Shown here in pieces: positions 1 through 9,802 of a stretch of 64,000 nucleotides of DNA. Where the stretch lies: assembly GCA_019057795.1 (NCBI GenBank), contig JAHLWS010000068.1, positions 27,377-91,376 of the forward strand. The letters run 5' to 3'. Within the stretch, counting starts at the first letter, position 1; every line of letters starts with the position of its first letter. The notes beneath the pieces are model-generated. The model worked only from the letters and a program-made list of their open reading frames with translations, had not been told where the DNA came from and searched no databases. The translations under genes and the position numbers were made by a program. The stretch comes from Promethearchaeota archaeon (GTDB lineage Archaea; Asgardarchaeota; Lokiarchaeia; Sigyniarchaeales; SOKP01).

Positions 1-3000
1 ATTTTAGAATACTTATCGAAGGTTTCTTTGCTGCGCTTTTCTACGCCTTCTATTTCGAAAGATACGTTTTCGCAATTAGTAAGGAAATCCGTCAATTGTT
101 CGTTAGAAAACGGAAAACCCTCTAAATTTGATATTGACGCGATAAATTTGTTGATGTCTGCGCTCGTAACCGCGTAATTAACGCTATAATAACTGTTATA
201 AGTAGCGTGAAGGAAATTTCTAAGCAAATCTTTTCCGATTTTAAGCGATTTCTCGAATTCTTCGCTATTAATAGATTGATACATTTTAAAATGTTCGTAG
301 TTTAAGATTGTAGCGAAATGTGTGGCAAAAGCGTTTTTAAGTTTTTTAGCGTTAATTTCTTGTACCTGTGAAGAACTTTCAGAATTGTAGGAATTATCGG
401 AATTATGGGACTCTATATCTAAAGGTTCGTAGGAAATTGACGCCTCTCTCTGAGCTTCGTAATAGTCTTTTAAGGCTTCGTCGTAGTGTGGTCCGACCGC
501 GAAAGAAGTTTGTAGCGATTCCGAACCGTTTGCTCTTCGAGGATGGCTCTCAATTAAGTATCGATGTTTTACCAAAATTTCGAAAGTTTTGTTTTTGATC
601 TCTTTCTCTCTCTTTTTATCTTTAGTTACCTTTAAAATGTACGGGTGAAGCCATTGCGTTAGCTCTTTCTTAACTTTTTGCTCGTACAAGTTGCCTATTT
701 GGTCTAATTTTTTTAAGTTGTTTAGAAACTTTATTATACCCTCGATTAAAACGCTATAATCTCCGAAATCCTTCTGAAATAAAGTTTTCTTTGCTAGCTG
801 TATTATTTGCTTTTCGGTATTTTTTACGTCGTACCCTTGCTTTCCCATGTTGCTTATAATTTCTTCCCAAGATAGAGGGGTGATTTCTCTAATAACTTTC
901 AAATCAAATTCGACAGGAAAAGGTTGGTAAATGTCTTCTCGTTTAACCACGGCCTCGTCTTCTTTCATGCTCGCGATGTACCTCAATTGGTAGCTTTCTT
1001 TTCTAGTGCGACTATAGTGCCCTATCCCGTGAAGCGACTCTAAGTTCATAAGAGATTTAAGCGTTGCGCTATCTCTTTTATCGGTCGCTTTAAAGGTAAC
1101 TAAGTTTTGGAAGTAATTGAACGCGTTAGAGTGTAAATACCTGATTTGAGAAGCCGAACAGATCGTCCCAAAATTATCTTGCTGAAAAGGTTCGAGAAAC
1201 TTGTCGATTATACCGTAATTAACTTTCCTATCTATGAAATCCCCGTTGAAAACCACGTCTAAGTGCGGTACAATTAAGAACTTAGGGTAATAACTTTTTC
1301 CGGTTTTTAAGTAGTGGATAAACTTAGAAAGAACTACGAAGGTAAAAAAACACTTCTTGTCGTAATTTGTAACGTCTGAAAAATCGATAATTACCGTTTT
1401 GTCTTGAGTAATTAGCTCGTAAGAGAGAATGATTCCTTGTTTGTCTAATTGTTGGCGTTGCATGAATTTTATGTCTTGTTGGGTAAATTCGCTGAAAAAC
1501 GATAGTATCGAATCGTTAACAGGGGACTTTTCCCAGTCGCTCGTAGTAGATAGGTCTAAAGTTAAAGTAGAGAGGTTTATTTCGGTATTTTTCGCTAAAG
1601 ATTTCTTGAAAGCTTCGATCGCCCTTTCGTCTTTTCTGAAGCACAACCCAAAAGCGTCGAACATATATTCCAAATAGCCCATGTTGTCGTTGTCGTAGGG
1701 GATTTCTGAAAAAAGAGGGTTGACCAGAAAAGTTTTGCCCGCTTTAAGGTACAAAAACTTATCTTCGTATATAGTTCCTTCAAAAAATCTCATTAATTTG
1801 GACCAATTGCCTGTGAAATCGAAAATAACGGAGGGATATCCCGCTTTCACGAGTTCCAAAACTATTTTTTGGCACAACGCTTCCCTACTCGAGTTAACCC
1901 CGTTGACCACTAATAAATTTCGCAATTGTTCGAGTGTAAACCCCATCGGAACTTCTTTTTCCAAGAACTCGGTGTTTATGGTGTTCCCAACCGTAATAAG
2001 GTTAGTCAAGTGTAGGGGCGTGTTAAACTCCGCGGCTATCCTCGTTTCGATCCCCTTTTTGAATTGGTCGGATATTTCAGTTATATACGTAAGAGGTTTT
2101 CCTTGAAACAACGAGTAACCCAAGTGGGTACCGTTCCTTCTGAAGAGTCTATTCTTAAAAGCTTCGAACAAGAGCCCCGATTCTAACTCGTTTTTTCTAA
2201 GTTGTTTTAACTCGAAATTAACGAAGTTTTCCTTGAAGCTTAATCGCAACACCGAGTTTTGGTGTTTTAGCTTTTGCTCCATTTCGTCGAGCACCTCGTA
2301 GTTGAAAGAAAGAGTTTTTGATACTACCGAAGTGGAATAAGTTATAACGGTGTTCCAGATACCCGAGCGAGAGTTTAACCATAGTTTTCCATCTATTTCT
2401 GATCTCGTTCTCGCTAGCAATTTTGCTTTCTCCACCTCTTTTAAGAACTTAAAACCTTCTTTTTTGAACTCGTCAAAATCTAAAGGATTAATCTCGATCG
2501 TGGCGGTAAAAGGCATTTTTTCTTTGATAAGGGCTCCATAAAAATTACTTGGAGTACAATAAGGCGGCGGATAGGTAAAATACAGGTTATTAATCTTGAT
2601 CCCCCCGATTAATTTTTCCTCGACTTGGTAAAAAATAGTCTCGGGCGCTTCCGGTACCTTGAAAAACCTAACTTTAGAAAAGGGATCGACGACCTTGATA
2701 TCGTTCGATTTGAACAACTTGTTTTTGATTAGAAAGAAAAACATTTCGCGCCACCAAATTACTATTATTGCTATAAGAATTGCAAGAATCCCTATAGATT
2801 GTATTCCTACGGGCAAGTTAAATATTAAGAGCAACCGATCCAAGCATATAACAATCGCTAAAACGTAGCTTGCTTTCAATATCGTAGGCTTTATTTTAGG
2901 TCTTATCGTTTTACAACTAATTCTTTTCGAGTCTCCTTCGATTTGTACGTCCTGTTTCAAAACTGCGATTCTATAAGCGTTTAATAATTTTTCTTCAGAA

Positions 3001-3734
3001 AACTCAACGACCTTAAAGTGGTGAAAGTTGGAAGCAAAAGCCGAAGTTAAAGAAACTGCGTATTTTCGTAGTACTTCGCCCATTGTTTCTAATTTCGATT
3101 CAGTAATTTTTCCTTTAATTTTGTAGAAGGTACTAAAGTAAAGCATCATCTCAAAAGTCGAAGATTCGGAACCATCGCTGTTGATACTTGTTTGAAGCTG
3201 TTTTTGAATTATTTGGTACGAAAACGGCACTTTAAGGGCTTGCAATCCTAAATAAACTTTGTTTAAGTTAGCGTGAACGTTTTCGGGAATTATTTTAATT
3301 CTAAAAACCCTTACTCCGGTAGTGCTGAGCTCCTTGTGATTCGTAAAAAATAAAACCGACTTGTCTTCTTTCATCTGCCAAAAAACAAAGTCTCTAAACG
3401 GATCGAAAGAACGAAAATCAAGTACATGGCGCAAGCTAAAAAATTGCTTGTGGAAGACCACAATAAAACTAATCGCTACGATCCCTGCAATAACAATCGA
3501 TAGCACTATGTTGTAAGTCGCGTAAAGCACAGATATAAAGTATAATAGCCCAATTACAACTAAGGGTATCGCTTTAAGAACCGATTCGGTCGAGTTAATG
3601 TCGTCATAAGCGGGGTTTTTATCCCATATGTCCAAATTCGCATTTTTTTTTTCCTTATCGTCATCGTCCATATCTGGTTTAAACCTATTGTTATTATATG
3701 AATCTTTCAAAAAATCTCCGTAAGCTTTTACCAT
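1..3734 (-). CDS. Large (>=1244 aa, 3'-truncated by the window edge) membrane-anchored HerA/VirB4/FtsK-like ATPase-fold protein with degenerate Walker motifs
   Basis: Not in the ORF track. I translated it by hand: ATG at 3734 (MVKAYGDFLKDS...), AGGAG RBS at 3745-3749, no stop down to base 1. It has two TM-hairpin modules followed by HerA/VirB4-like segments: ITVGNT..EVPMGFTLEQLRNLLVVNGVNSSRE..KIVLELVKAGYPSVIFDFTGNW, KTVIIDFS, KFLIVPHLD and FGTICSASQIRYLHSNAFNYFQNLVTFK. Confidence 0.8.
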   Translation of the reverse strand, partial: MVKAYGDFLKDSYNNNRFKPDMDDDDKEKKNANLDIWDKNPAYDDINSTESVLKAIPLVVIGLLYFISVLYATYNIVLSIVIAGIVAISFIVVFHKQFFSLRHVLDFRSFDPFRDFVFWQMKEDKSVLFFTNHKELSTTGVRVFRIKIIPENVHANLNKVYLGLQALKVPFSYQIIQKQLQTSINSDGSESSTFEMMLYFSTFYKIKGKITESKLETMGEVLRKYAVSLTSAFASNFHHFKVVEFSEEKLLNAYRIAVLKQDVQIEGDSKRISCKTIRPKIKPTILKASYVLAIVICLDRLLLIFNLPVGIQSIGILAILIAIIVIWWREMFFFLIKNKLFKSNDIKVVDPFSKVRFFKVPEAPETIFYQVEEKLIGGIKINNLYFTYPPPYCTPSNFYGALIKEKMPFTATIEINPLDFDEFKKEGFKFLKEVEKAKLLARTRSEIDGKLWLNSRSGIWNTVITYSTSVVSKTLSFNYEVLDEMEQKLKHQNSVLRLSFKENFVNFELKQLRKNELESGLLFEAFKNRLFRRNGTHLGYSLFQGKPLTYITEISDQFKKGIETRIAAEFNTPLHLTNLITVGNTINTEFLEKEVPMGFTLEQLRNLLVVNGVNSSREALCQKIVLELVKAGYPSVIFDFTGNWSKLMRFFEGTIYEDKFLYLKAGKTFLVNPLFSEIPYDNDNMGYLEYMFDAFGLCFRKDERAIEAFKKSLAKNTEINLSTLTLDLSTTSDWEKSPVNDSILSFFSEFTQQDIKFMQRQQLDKQGIILSYELITQDKTVIIDFSDVTNYDKKCFFTFVVLSKFIHYLKTGKSYYPKFLIVPHLDVVFNGDFIDRKVNYGIIDKFLEPFQQDNFGTICSASQIRYLHSNAFNYFQNLVTFKATDKRDSATLKSLMNLESLHGIGHYSRTRKESYQLRYIASMKEDEAVVKREDIYQPFPVEFDLKVIREITPLSWEEIISNMGKQGYDVKNTEKQIIQLAKKTLFQKDFGDYSVLIEGIIKFLNNLKKLDQIGNLYEQKVKKELTQWLHPYILKVTKDKKREKEIKNKTFEILVKHRYLIESHPRRANGSESLQTSFAVGPHYDEALKDYYEAQREASISYEPLDIESHNSDNSYNSESSSQVQEINAKKLKNAFATHFATILNYEHFKMYQSINSEEFEKSLKIGKDLLRNFLHATYNSYYSVNYAVTSADINKFIASISNLEGFPFSNEQLTDFLTNCENVSFEIEGVEKRSKETFDKYSK

Positions 3735-3795
3735 TTTTTATTTTCTCCTTTTCTTTTCATTTTTTTTATATCCTTTAATTTTTTTTTACTTTCCT

Positions 3796-4656
3796 CTACT
3801 TTCTTTTATTACTAAAATAAGTTTTATTTACGAAATAAAGCACAATAATGGCCCCAAAACAGACGAGCAAGTTGTAGCTAATGACAACCGACAAGAACCC
3901 GTACATTAGTGCCTCAATTAAAGAAATACTCCCGACCATGGCAAATAAAATTATAATTCCGATAACTAAAAATTGCCCGACCTGTTCCTTCGATTGCGTG
4001 TAAGAAATGTTATCTTTTAGCGAGCCCGAAATAACGATTTTTCTGCTTTTTTTCTTCTCGATGCTTTTTCTAATGGTTTTGAGTTGTATAATTTTCTCAA
4101 ACGAATTCTTATCGAACTGGTCTTTGAGCTTGTATTGAAGCGCTTCTTCTTCTTCTCTAAATTTTTGAAGCAATATTGGATTAAATTTGCTTTCGTCTCT
4201 GTTTTTTCCACTTTGACCGCCTGACAAAAAAGAAAGCAAAGAAATCGTGCGATTTTTTTCGACTACTTCTGGGTTAACGCTGTCGTGTAAGTTGGGAACG
4301 TCCAACTTGCGAAGCTCGTAATAAACCTCAAATATCTCCTTAGCGTATTCAAAGCGAAGTTCTCCTTCCTTTTTTAAGAACAAAAGCTCTACTCTCTTTA
4401 ACACGTCGATTAATTCCGGTCTAAACACGTGAACGCTGAAATTTACCCCAAAAACCTTGTTTACGAGCTCCATGTATTCGAATATTTTCTCTCCCGCGCT
4501 TTTTTCCCTCGAGCGCATTCCTAGCTTGATTCCGATCTCGTCGACTGCGTTGCTCGTAAGCACAAAACTTACTACCGCTATCTTTTTATGGTTGTGAGTT
4601 TCTTTACAGAGCTGGATCAACCGCTTGAGCTTTAAATCTAACAACTGTTCCTTCAT
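3796..4656 (-). CDS. Hypothetical protein, helical N-terminal domain plus 2 C-terminal TM helices
   Basis: 286-aa ORF with two hydrophobic stretches at the C-terminus and a basic tail; 4 bp from the upstream gene. Confidence 0.75.
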   Translation of the reverse strand: MKEQLLDLKLKRLIQLCKETHNHKKIAVVSFVLTSNAVDEIGIKLGMRSREKSAGEKIFEYMELVNKVFGVNFSVHVFRPELIDVLKRVELLFLKKEGELRFEYAKEIFEVYYELRKLDVPNLHDSVNPEVVEKNRTISLLSFLSGGQSGKNRDESKFNPILLQKFREEEEALQYKLKDQFDKNSFEKIIQLKTIRKSIEKKKSRKIVISGSLKDNISYTQSKEQVGQFLVIGIIILFAMVGSISLIEALMYGFLSVVISYNLLVCFGAIIVLYFVNKTYFSNKRK

Positions 4657-4660
4657 TCTC

Positions 4661-5395
4661 TTACGTTCGCCCCCGAATCTTTTGTGCTTCTCTTTTAGAC
4701 GTTGGAGATTCTTTCAAGGACTCGCTTGCAGATTCAAGCTTAAATTCTTCTTGTGATATCAACTTGTCCCAATCCAATTCTTCTCGAACGCTTTCAACGT
4801 GCCGTTTTATCTTATTTTCTGCGCTAGATTCCTCTTTTTCGAAGGTATTAATTACTGAATGATTGAATATTGCAAAAGGAAAAGTGCAAGCAAACGAGAT
4901 TAGTTGGAGAAAATATCCAGGACCGATCGAATAGTAAAAAATAACTCCTAAATCGTAATCGTAATACGCTAAGAAAGGGTAGTACAAACCGTTCGGGAGC
5001 AAGAAAAACAACGGGTATATTAAAACGAAGAATCCAATCAATGTTACCAAAGATAAGTTGACGAACCCGAATTTTTTTAATCTAAGTAGGTTATCTTTGC
5101 GTTCCGCATCGACAAATAATACTGAATATGCGGACAAAAAAATAACTATTAAGAAAGCGATAACAATGCCAACAGGTAAAGAAGCGTTTTTAGGTTCGTA
5201 AAAATCGTTAATGACGGCGCCTTGAGAAAACGTGGTGCTCCAATCGAACAGCGCGTTGTAAACCCAATAAACTACTATTTCACCGGAATCGCTTACTCCT
5301 TGAAAGTAATACCAATCCAAAAAGACCGAAGCAAACCCGAGCATCAGACCAACAATAAAAACAATTTTATATCCTGATTTAAAATTTATCGTCAT
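4661..5395 (-). CDS. Hypothetical 4-TM membrane protein with a charged C-terminal tail
   Basis: 244-aa ORF with four hydrophobic segments. Confidence 0.75.
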   Translation of the reverse strand: MTINFKSGYKIVFIVGLMLGFASVFLDWYYFQGVSDSGEIVVYWVYNALFDWSTTFSQGAVINDFYEPKNASLPVGIVIAFLIVIFLSAYSVLFVDAERKDNLLRLKKFGFVNLSLVTLIGFFVLIYPLFFLLPNGLYYPFLAYYDYDLGVIFYYSIGPGYFLQLISFACTFPFAIFNHSVINTFEKEESSAENKIKRHVESVREELDWDKLISQEEFKLESASESLKESPTSKREAQKIRGRT

Positions 5396-5517
5396 ATTAA
5401 CTTAGACTCTATTAATTTTTACTAGTAGAACTAAAAAGAAGTATGGTTTTATAAAGAAAAAATTAAAGATTTTATGGAAATTTGTTTTATAGTTTTGCAA
5501 AAAAATGTTGTAGATTG

Positions 5518-7530
5518 TTAATCGTCAAAAAACGAGCTGTATTTTACTTCGCTTTTAGGTTTTTCTTTTATAGAACTATTTCTTGGTTCCGGATCTAATT
5601 CGTATAGTTGAGGGGCGTCTCTCTCTTGTTGTTTTGCTACTAAGTTTTCTTTAATGTTATCTTTTTCGATTTGTTCTAACACCTCAGAATCTTTGTCTTT
5701 TCCAAAACACTCGTAGCCAAATTGAGCCATCTGTTCGCCTGTGAACTCTTCTTTAACGCACAACAAATCGGTTTCGCTAAACTGCGCGTTCTGTAAATAA
5801 TAAGGGGTTTCAAATTTGGATGTTAAATCTTTTTTGGTTTTGTAAAACTTAAAGTAGAAGTACGCTATCGTGAAAAAGTAGATCCCTATGGCAGCGAACC
5901 CGATGCTGTTGAAAAGTCTCAGAAGGAAGTACAGCTGCGAAAAATAGATAACAAGCAGTACTACAGAATATCCGAGGAATGGAAGCGAAGCCATCTTTAG
6001 ACTCGAACGAAACTTAGTGTCTGCGTTTTGGTATATCTCGATCGAATTAGTTTTTTTAGCTCGAGACTCGATTAGTTTGTACTTTTTTTCCAAAAATCGT
6101 AGTAGAGTGGCGATGTTAGGCCAATCGATAACGTGTAGATTTGTTTTTCTCTGGTATGGGAACAAAACTGATTTCTCCATGCATTTCGCGGGAATTTTAG
6201 TTAGTAAGATGGGTTCGATTAAAATTTTGTACTGAGTTTGGCCTGAGACAAAATATAGTTTCTTGCTTCTTGCGCTTTTTTCAGCCGTAAATTTTACTTG
6301 CAAGTATTTTTGAAAGAATTCTTGAAAATTATCGCCGTTAACAACGTCTTCAAACACAGCGTCTTTAGCTTTTAAAAGGTCGATTGCGTAGTTGCGCACT
6401 TTAAGTAACGAGTCAGATTCTTGAGCCTTCGAGTGAGGCTTGTAGTCTATTTTCTCTTCGTGTATTAATATCCTTCCTTCTAAGTCGCAGAACTTGATTG
6501 GTACGAGAATTATAAGCTTCGAGTTGTCGTTAACGCTTACGAGCTTGCAACCCACATAATCGACATCTTGGAAAAACGGTCTTAGAGCTTCGATTCCGTT
6601 TGGAATTGAGTAATATCCTATGTCTTTTAACGATTCGGCGATCTCGCTTGTAAGATCTTCTCGGCGATTTAATATCCTTGAACTCGTTGAAGCTTCTGAA
6701 ATCTCTGGAATATTTGTATCTACTAAAACTTCTGGAATATTTGTATCTTCTGAAATCTCAGGAATTTTAGTAACTTCAGGAAACTCGGTATAAGTTGGAG
6801 TAACAACGTATTCTTCTCGAGGAACCTCTTCTTTTGGTAAGGGCGCTTCGCTCTCGAAGGGTTCTACGGTTGCGTTGTTTTCAAATTGTTCTGGAATTTC
6901 TTCTTGGTATTCTTCGATTTCTTCTTCCTCTTCTTCTTCGACTTCTCTTTGGAACTTTTCCTGTGGGAGTTCCTCCTCAACAAATACTTCGGCAACTTCG
7001 AAGGTTTCAATATTATCAACTTCGGTTTCAGCTTCAATTTCTTCCAGTTCAAGAATTGCGGTTTCAATTTTAACGTCTGGTCGCGCAAGCAATTGCTTGT
7101 AGGGCGTAGCATTTCTTAGTTGAATGCCTTCCTTACGCTCGAAATCCTCTCCAACTTCAATCTCAGCGATTTCGTTAGTTTTAAGCTCTTCCAACATGGC
7201 ATCTTCCTGAATTTTTTGAACTATAACGGGTTCTTCTTTCGAATGTTCGGGTATTTTGACTTTATTACCTTCCTTTATTCCTTCTAAAAGCTTTTTCGCT
7301 TCTTCAATAAATTTTCTAGCCGTAGCTATACCAACTCCGGGAGCTTCCGATAATTTCTCGGGAGTTATTTCTGCAAGCTGTCGATAGGTGTAGATTTTCC
7401 TAACATTTAGCTTCTCGGCGGTGCCCGAGCCAATACCTTTGATTTTTGTGAGGTCGTTGGTAGTTTGAGACAACGCAATCGTTTTTTCTTCGGGAAGTTC
7501 AACATTTATCTTTTCGTATACATCTGTCAT
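5518..7530 (-). CDS. Helix-hairpin-helix (HhH) DNA-binding protein with acidic linker, globular domain and 2 TM helices
   Basis: Tandem HhH motifs (DLTKIKGIGSGTAEKL...LSEAPGVGIATARKF), a Glu-rich linker with short TNIPE repeats, and a TM pair near the C-terminus. Confidence 0.75.
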   Translation of the reverse strand: MTDVYEKINVELPEEKTIALSQTTNDLTKIKGIGSGTAEKLNVRKIYTYRQLAEITPEKLSEAPGVGIATARKFIEEAKKLLEGIKEGNKVKIPEHSKEEPVIVQKIQEDAMLEELKTNEIAEIEVGEDFERKEGIQLRNATPYKQLLARPDVKIETAILELEEIEAETEVDNIETFEVAEVFVEEELPQEKFQREVEEEEEEEIEEYQEEIPEQFENNATVEPFESEAPLPKEEVPREEYVVTPTYTEFPEVTKIPEISEDTNIPEVLVDTNIPEISEASTSSRILNRREDLTSEIAESLKDIGYYSIPNGIEALRPFFQDVDYVGCKLVSVNDNSKLIILVPIKFCDLEGRILIHEEKIDYKPHSKAQESDSLLKVRNYAIDLLKAKDAVFEDVVNGDNFQEFFQKYLQVKFTAEKSARSKKLYFVSGQTQYKILIEPILLTKIPAKCMEKSVLFPYQRKTNLHVIDWPNIATLLRFLEKKYKLIESRAKKTNSIEIYQNADTKFRSSLKMASLPFLGYSVVLLVIYFSQLYFLLRLFNSIGFAAIGIYFFTIAYFYFKFYKTKKDLTSKFETPYYLQNAQFSETDLLCVKEEFTGEQMAQFGYECFGKDKDSEVLEQIEKDNIKENLVAKQQERDAPQLYELDPEPRNSSIKEKPKSEVKYSSFFDD

Positions 7531-8011
7531 AGGGATCTAATTTTAAGATATATTCCCATATTTAAAGAAAAAAAAATATCTTCCCAATCTATTAGATTCC
7601 TTAAATGTTAAATCACCGAGGAAATAAAGAATATCTTTTGGTCTTATACTTTCTTCTATGTTTTGTAGAATAGTTTTATTTATATCTCAATATTCTTAAA
7701 TGGGCGATTACAATATTTTAATATATTTTTGTGTGATAAATGAAAATCCGCTGTAAAGAAAATCAATATAATTCACATTTTTTAGGAAAATATTAATTTT
7801 GAGATGGAAATTTTAAATTCATTATATCTGCTTTCTCTACATTTCTGATATTTTTTGCTTTAAGATAATTTTAAATAAAACCTTTTTTATCATAATTTTA
7901 ACAAAAAATAGATCAAAAATTTGTCATATTTTTTTGAAAAAAAATGATAACAAAAGAAGTGTGCGAGAAAACTTTATATTAAAACATGTTTTAAAAAGGA
8001 AGTAAAAAAAA

Positions 8012-9802
8012 ATGAAAAAAAAAGTAATGGTTTTAGCGGGAATTATAGTATTAAGTATGTTCTTATTTGTTAAACCTATAATAGACGAAAATAAAGAATC
8101 CTCGCCAAGAAATGCGGGGTATTGGAATATAGATCGTATATTTATCAATGGCAACGATGACTGGGAAGCACTTGCTAATACTTATGATTGGTGTAGTGGT
8201 TCTGGTGCAATTGATGACCCTTATATTATCGAGAATGTTACGGTTAATGATGATATTTCAATTGGAGGCTCAAGTGTTTACTTTGTAATTAGAAATAGTT
8301 CAGTTAATCGTGGTATTTCAATTAGAGACTCAAGTGTTTACTTTGTAATTAGAAATTGTTCAGTTTACGAGGGAGGATATTACGGTAAGGGAATCGAGTT
8401 AAATAATGTAACTAATTCGATGATTTTTAATAATACAGCTTATAACAATTATTATGGAATATATTTAACGGATAGCAATAATAACACACTCTTAGACAAT
8501 ACAGCTTATAACAATGATTTTGGAATATATTTAACGGATAGCAATAATAACACACTCTTAGACAATACAGCTTATAACAATTATTATGGAATATATGTAG
8601 CCTATAGTAGTATCAACATGATTTCGGGAAATACTGCAAATGACAATAAATATTCAGGAATACATTTATATTATAGCTACAATAACACGGTTTGGGATAA
8701 TACCGTAAATTTCAACGATTATACTGCAGGAATATGTTTAGATTATAGCTACAATAACACGGTTCGGGATAATACCGTAAATTTCAATGTTAATATTGGA
8801 ATATTTTTATCTGATAGTTACAATAATACAATTGAACTGAATAATGTTAAAAATAATTATGGTGATGGTATAAGTTTATGGGAAAGTAATAATAACGATA
8901 TCTTGAGAAATGAAGTAAATGATAATGATAGATATGGAATATATTTATTCGGATATATGGGGATTAGTAATAATAATAATGTCTCAGAGAACACTGTAAA
9001 TTCCAACGATGGATTGGCAGGGATTTATTTACATGATGCCCATTATAATATAATTTCAGGAAACACCGCAAATGACAATAGTGGTGATGGGATACAATTA
9101 TCTTACAGTGATTATAATACCATTTTGGGAAATACAATTATGGACAATAACGAATATGGGGTATTTGGTCATTACAGCGAAAATAATCTTATTTATAATA
9201 ATATATTTATTGGGAACATATTTGGGAATGCCGTAGACGACTCTTTTAATATTAACTATTGGGATAATGGAACTCTTGGAAATTATTGGGCAGACTATGA
9301 GGGTTTTGATAATAATGGCGATGGAATAGGCGATACTCCTTATTCCATAGGTGGAATAGCGGGAGCGATAGATAATTATCCAATATGGGATATACCAAAG
9401 CCAGATCCCGAATTTCCAACATCATTCACACTTACTTCTAATGCTGATACTCCCGATACAGATGGTATCTTTACATTATATTGGACAAATTCCGAATACG
9501 CAAATAACTATTCTCTTTACCAGAACGATGTTTTATTGGTTAGTGGATTAACAGGGCTTTATTGTTCAATGAAAATCTATTCAAATGGTAGTTATAGCTT
9601 TAAAGTAATAGCTTTTAATAACTATGGATATACGAGTTCAAATGAAATAATTGTTGACATAGAGATACCAGTAGAACCAGAGACAACACCAGATTTGATA
9701 CCAAGCTTTAACCCATTAATAATTGTTGGATTAATTGTTGGAATATCTAGCATATTGGCTATTGGAATTAAGAAAAGAATGTTATTGCGAACTGAATTGT
9801 AA
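8012..9802 (+). CDS. Secreted right-handed parallel beta-helix (NosD/CASH-like) surface protein with an FN3-like domain and a C-terminal sorting/TM anchor (Loki-CTERM-like)
   Basis: N-terminal signal, GSG..DPYIIEN motif, many GIYL..S.NN....N repeats, GNYW.DY...D.NGDGIGD.PY, and C-terminal IPSFNPLIIVGLI..KKR. Confidence 0.85.
   Translation: MKKKVMVLAGIIVLSMFLFVKPIIDENKESSPRNAGYWNIDRIFINGNDDWEALANTYDWCSGSGAIDDPYIIENVTVNDDISIGGSSVYFVIRNSSVNRGISIRDSSVYFVIRNCSVYEGGYYGKGIELNNVTNSMIFNNTAYNNYYGIYLTDSNNNTLLDNTAYNNDFGIYLTDSNNNTLLDNTAYNNYYGIYVAYSSINMISGNTANDNKYSGIHLYYSYNNTVWDNTVNFNDYTAGICLDYSYNNTVRDNTVNFNVNIGIFLSDSYNNTIELNNVKNNYGDGISLWESNNNDILRNEVNDNDRYGIYLFGYMGISNNNNVSENTVNSNDGLAGIYLHDAHYNIISGNTANDNSGDGIQLSYSDYNTILGNTIMDNNEYGVFGHYSENNLIYNNIFIGNIFGNAVDDSFNINYWDNGTLGNYWADYEGFDNNGDGIGDTPYSIGGIAGAIDNYPIWDIPKPDPEFPTSFTLTSNADTPDTDGIFTLYWTNSEYANNYSLYQNDVLLVSGLTGLYCSMKIYSNGSYSFKVIAFNNYGYTSSNEIIVDIEIPVEPETTPDLIPSFNPLIIVGLIVGISSILAIGIKKRMLLRTEL
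8243..8790 (+). repeat. Near-identical in-frame intragenic tandem duplications (periods 60, 66 and 72 bp)
   Basis: 60-bp copies start at 8243 and 8303; 66-bp copies at 8432, 8498 and 8564; 72-bp copies at 8670 and 8742. Confidence 0.9.

Noticed and set aside
368-2868. Short plus-strand ORFs in the track (368-598, 1429-1677, 1720-2106, 2350-2541, 2659-2868)
   Set aside because: They are antisense shadows of the long minus-strand gene at 1-3734.
6834-7119. Ser-rich and Phe-rich overlapping ORFs
   Set aside because: They are antisense or alternative-frame readings of the Glu-rich linker of 5518-7530. The same applies to 57917-58323.
8243-8790. Repeats considered as a CRISPR array or a DGR template/variable pair
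   Set aside because: They are in-frame coding repeats without unique spacers. The mismatches are not adenine-specific, and no reverse transcriptase or cas gene is in the window.
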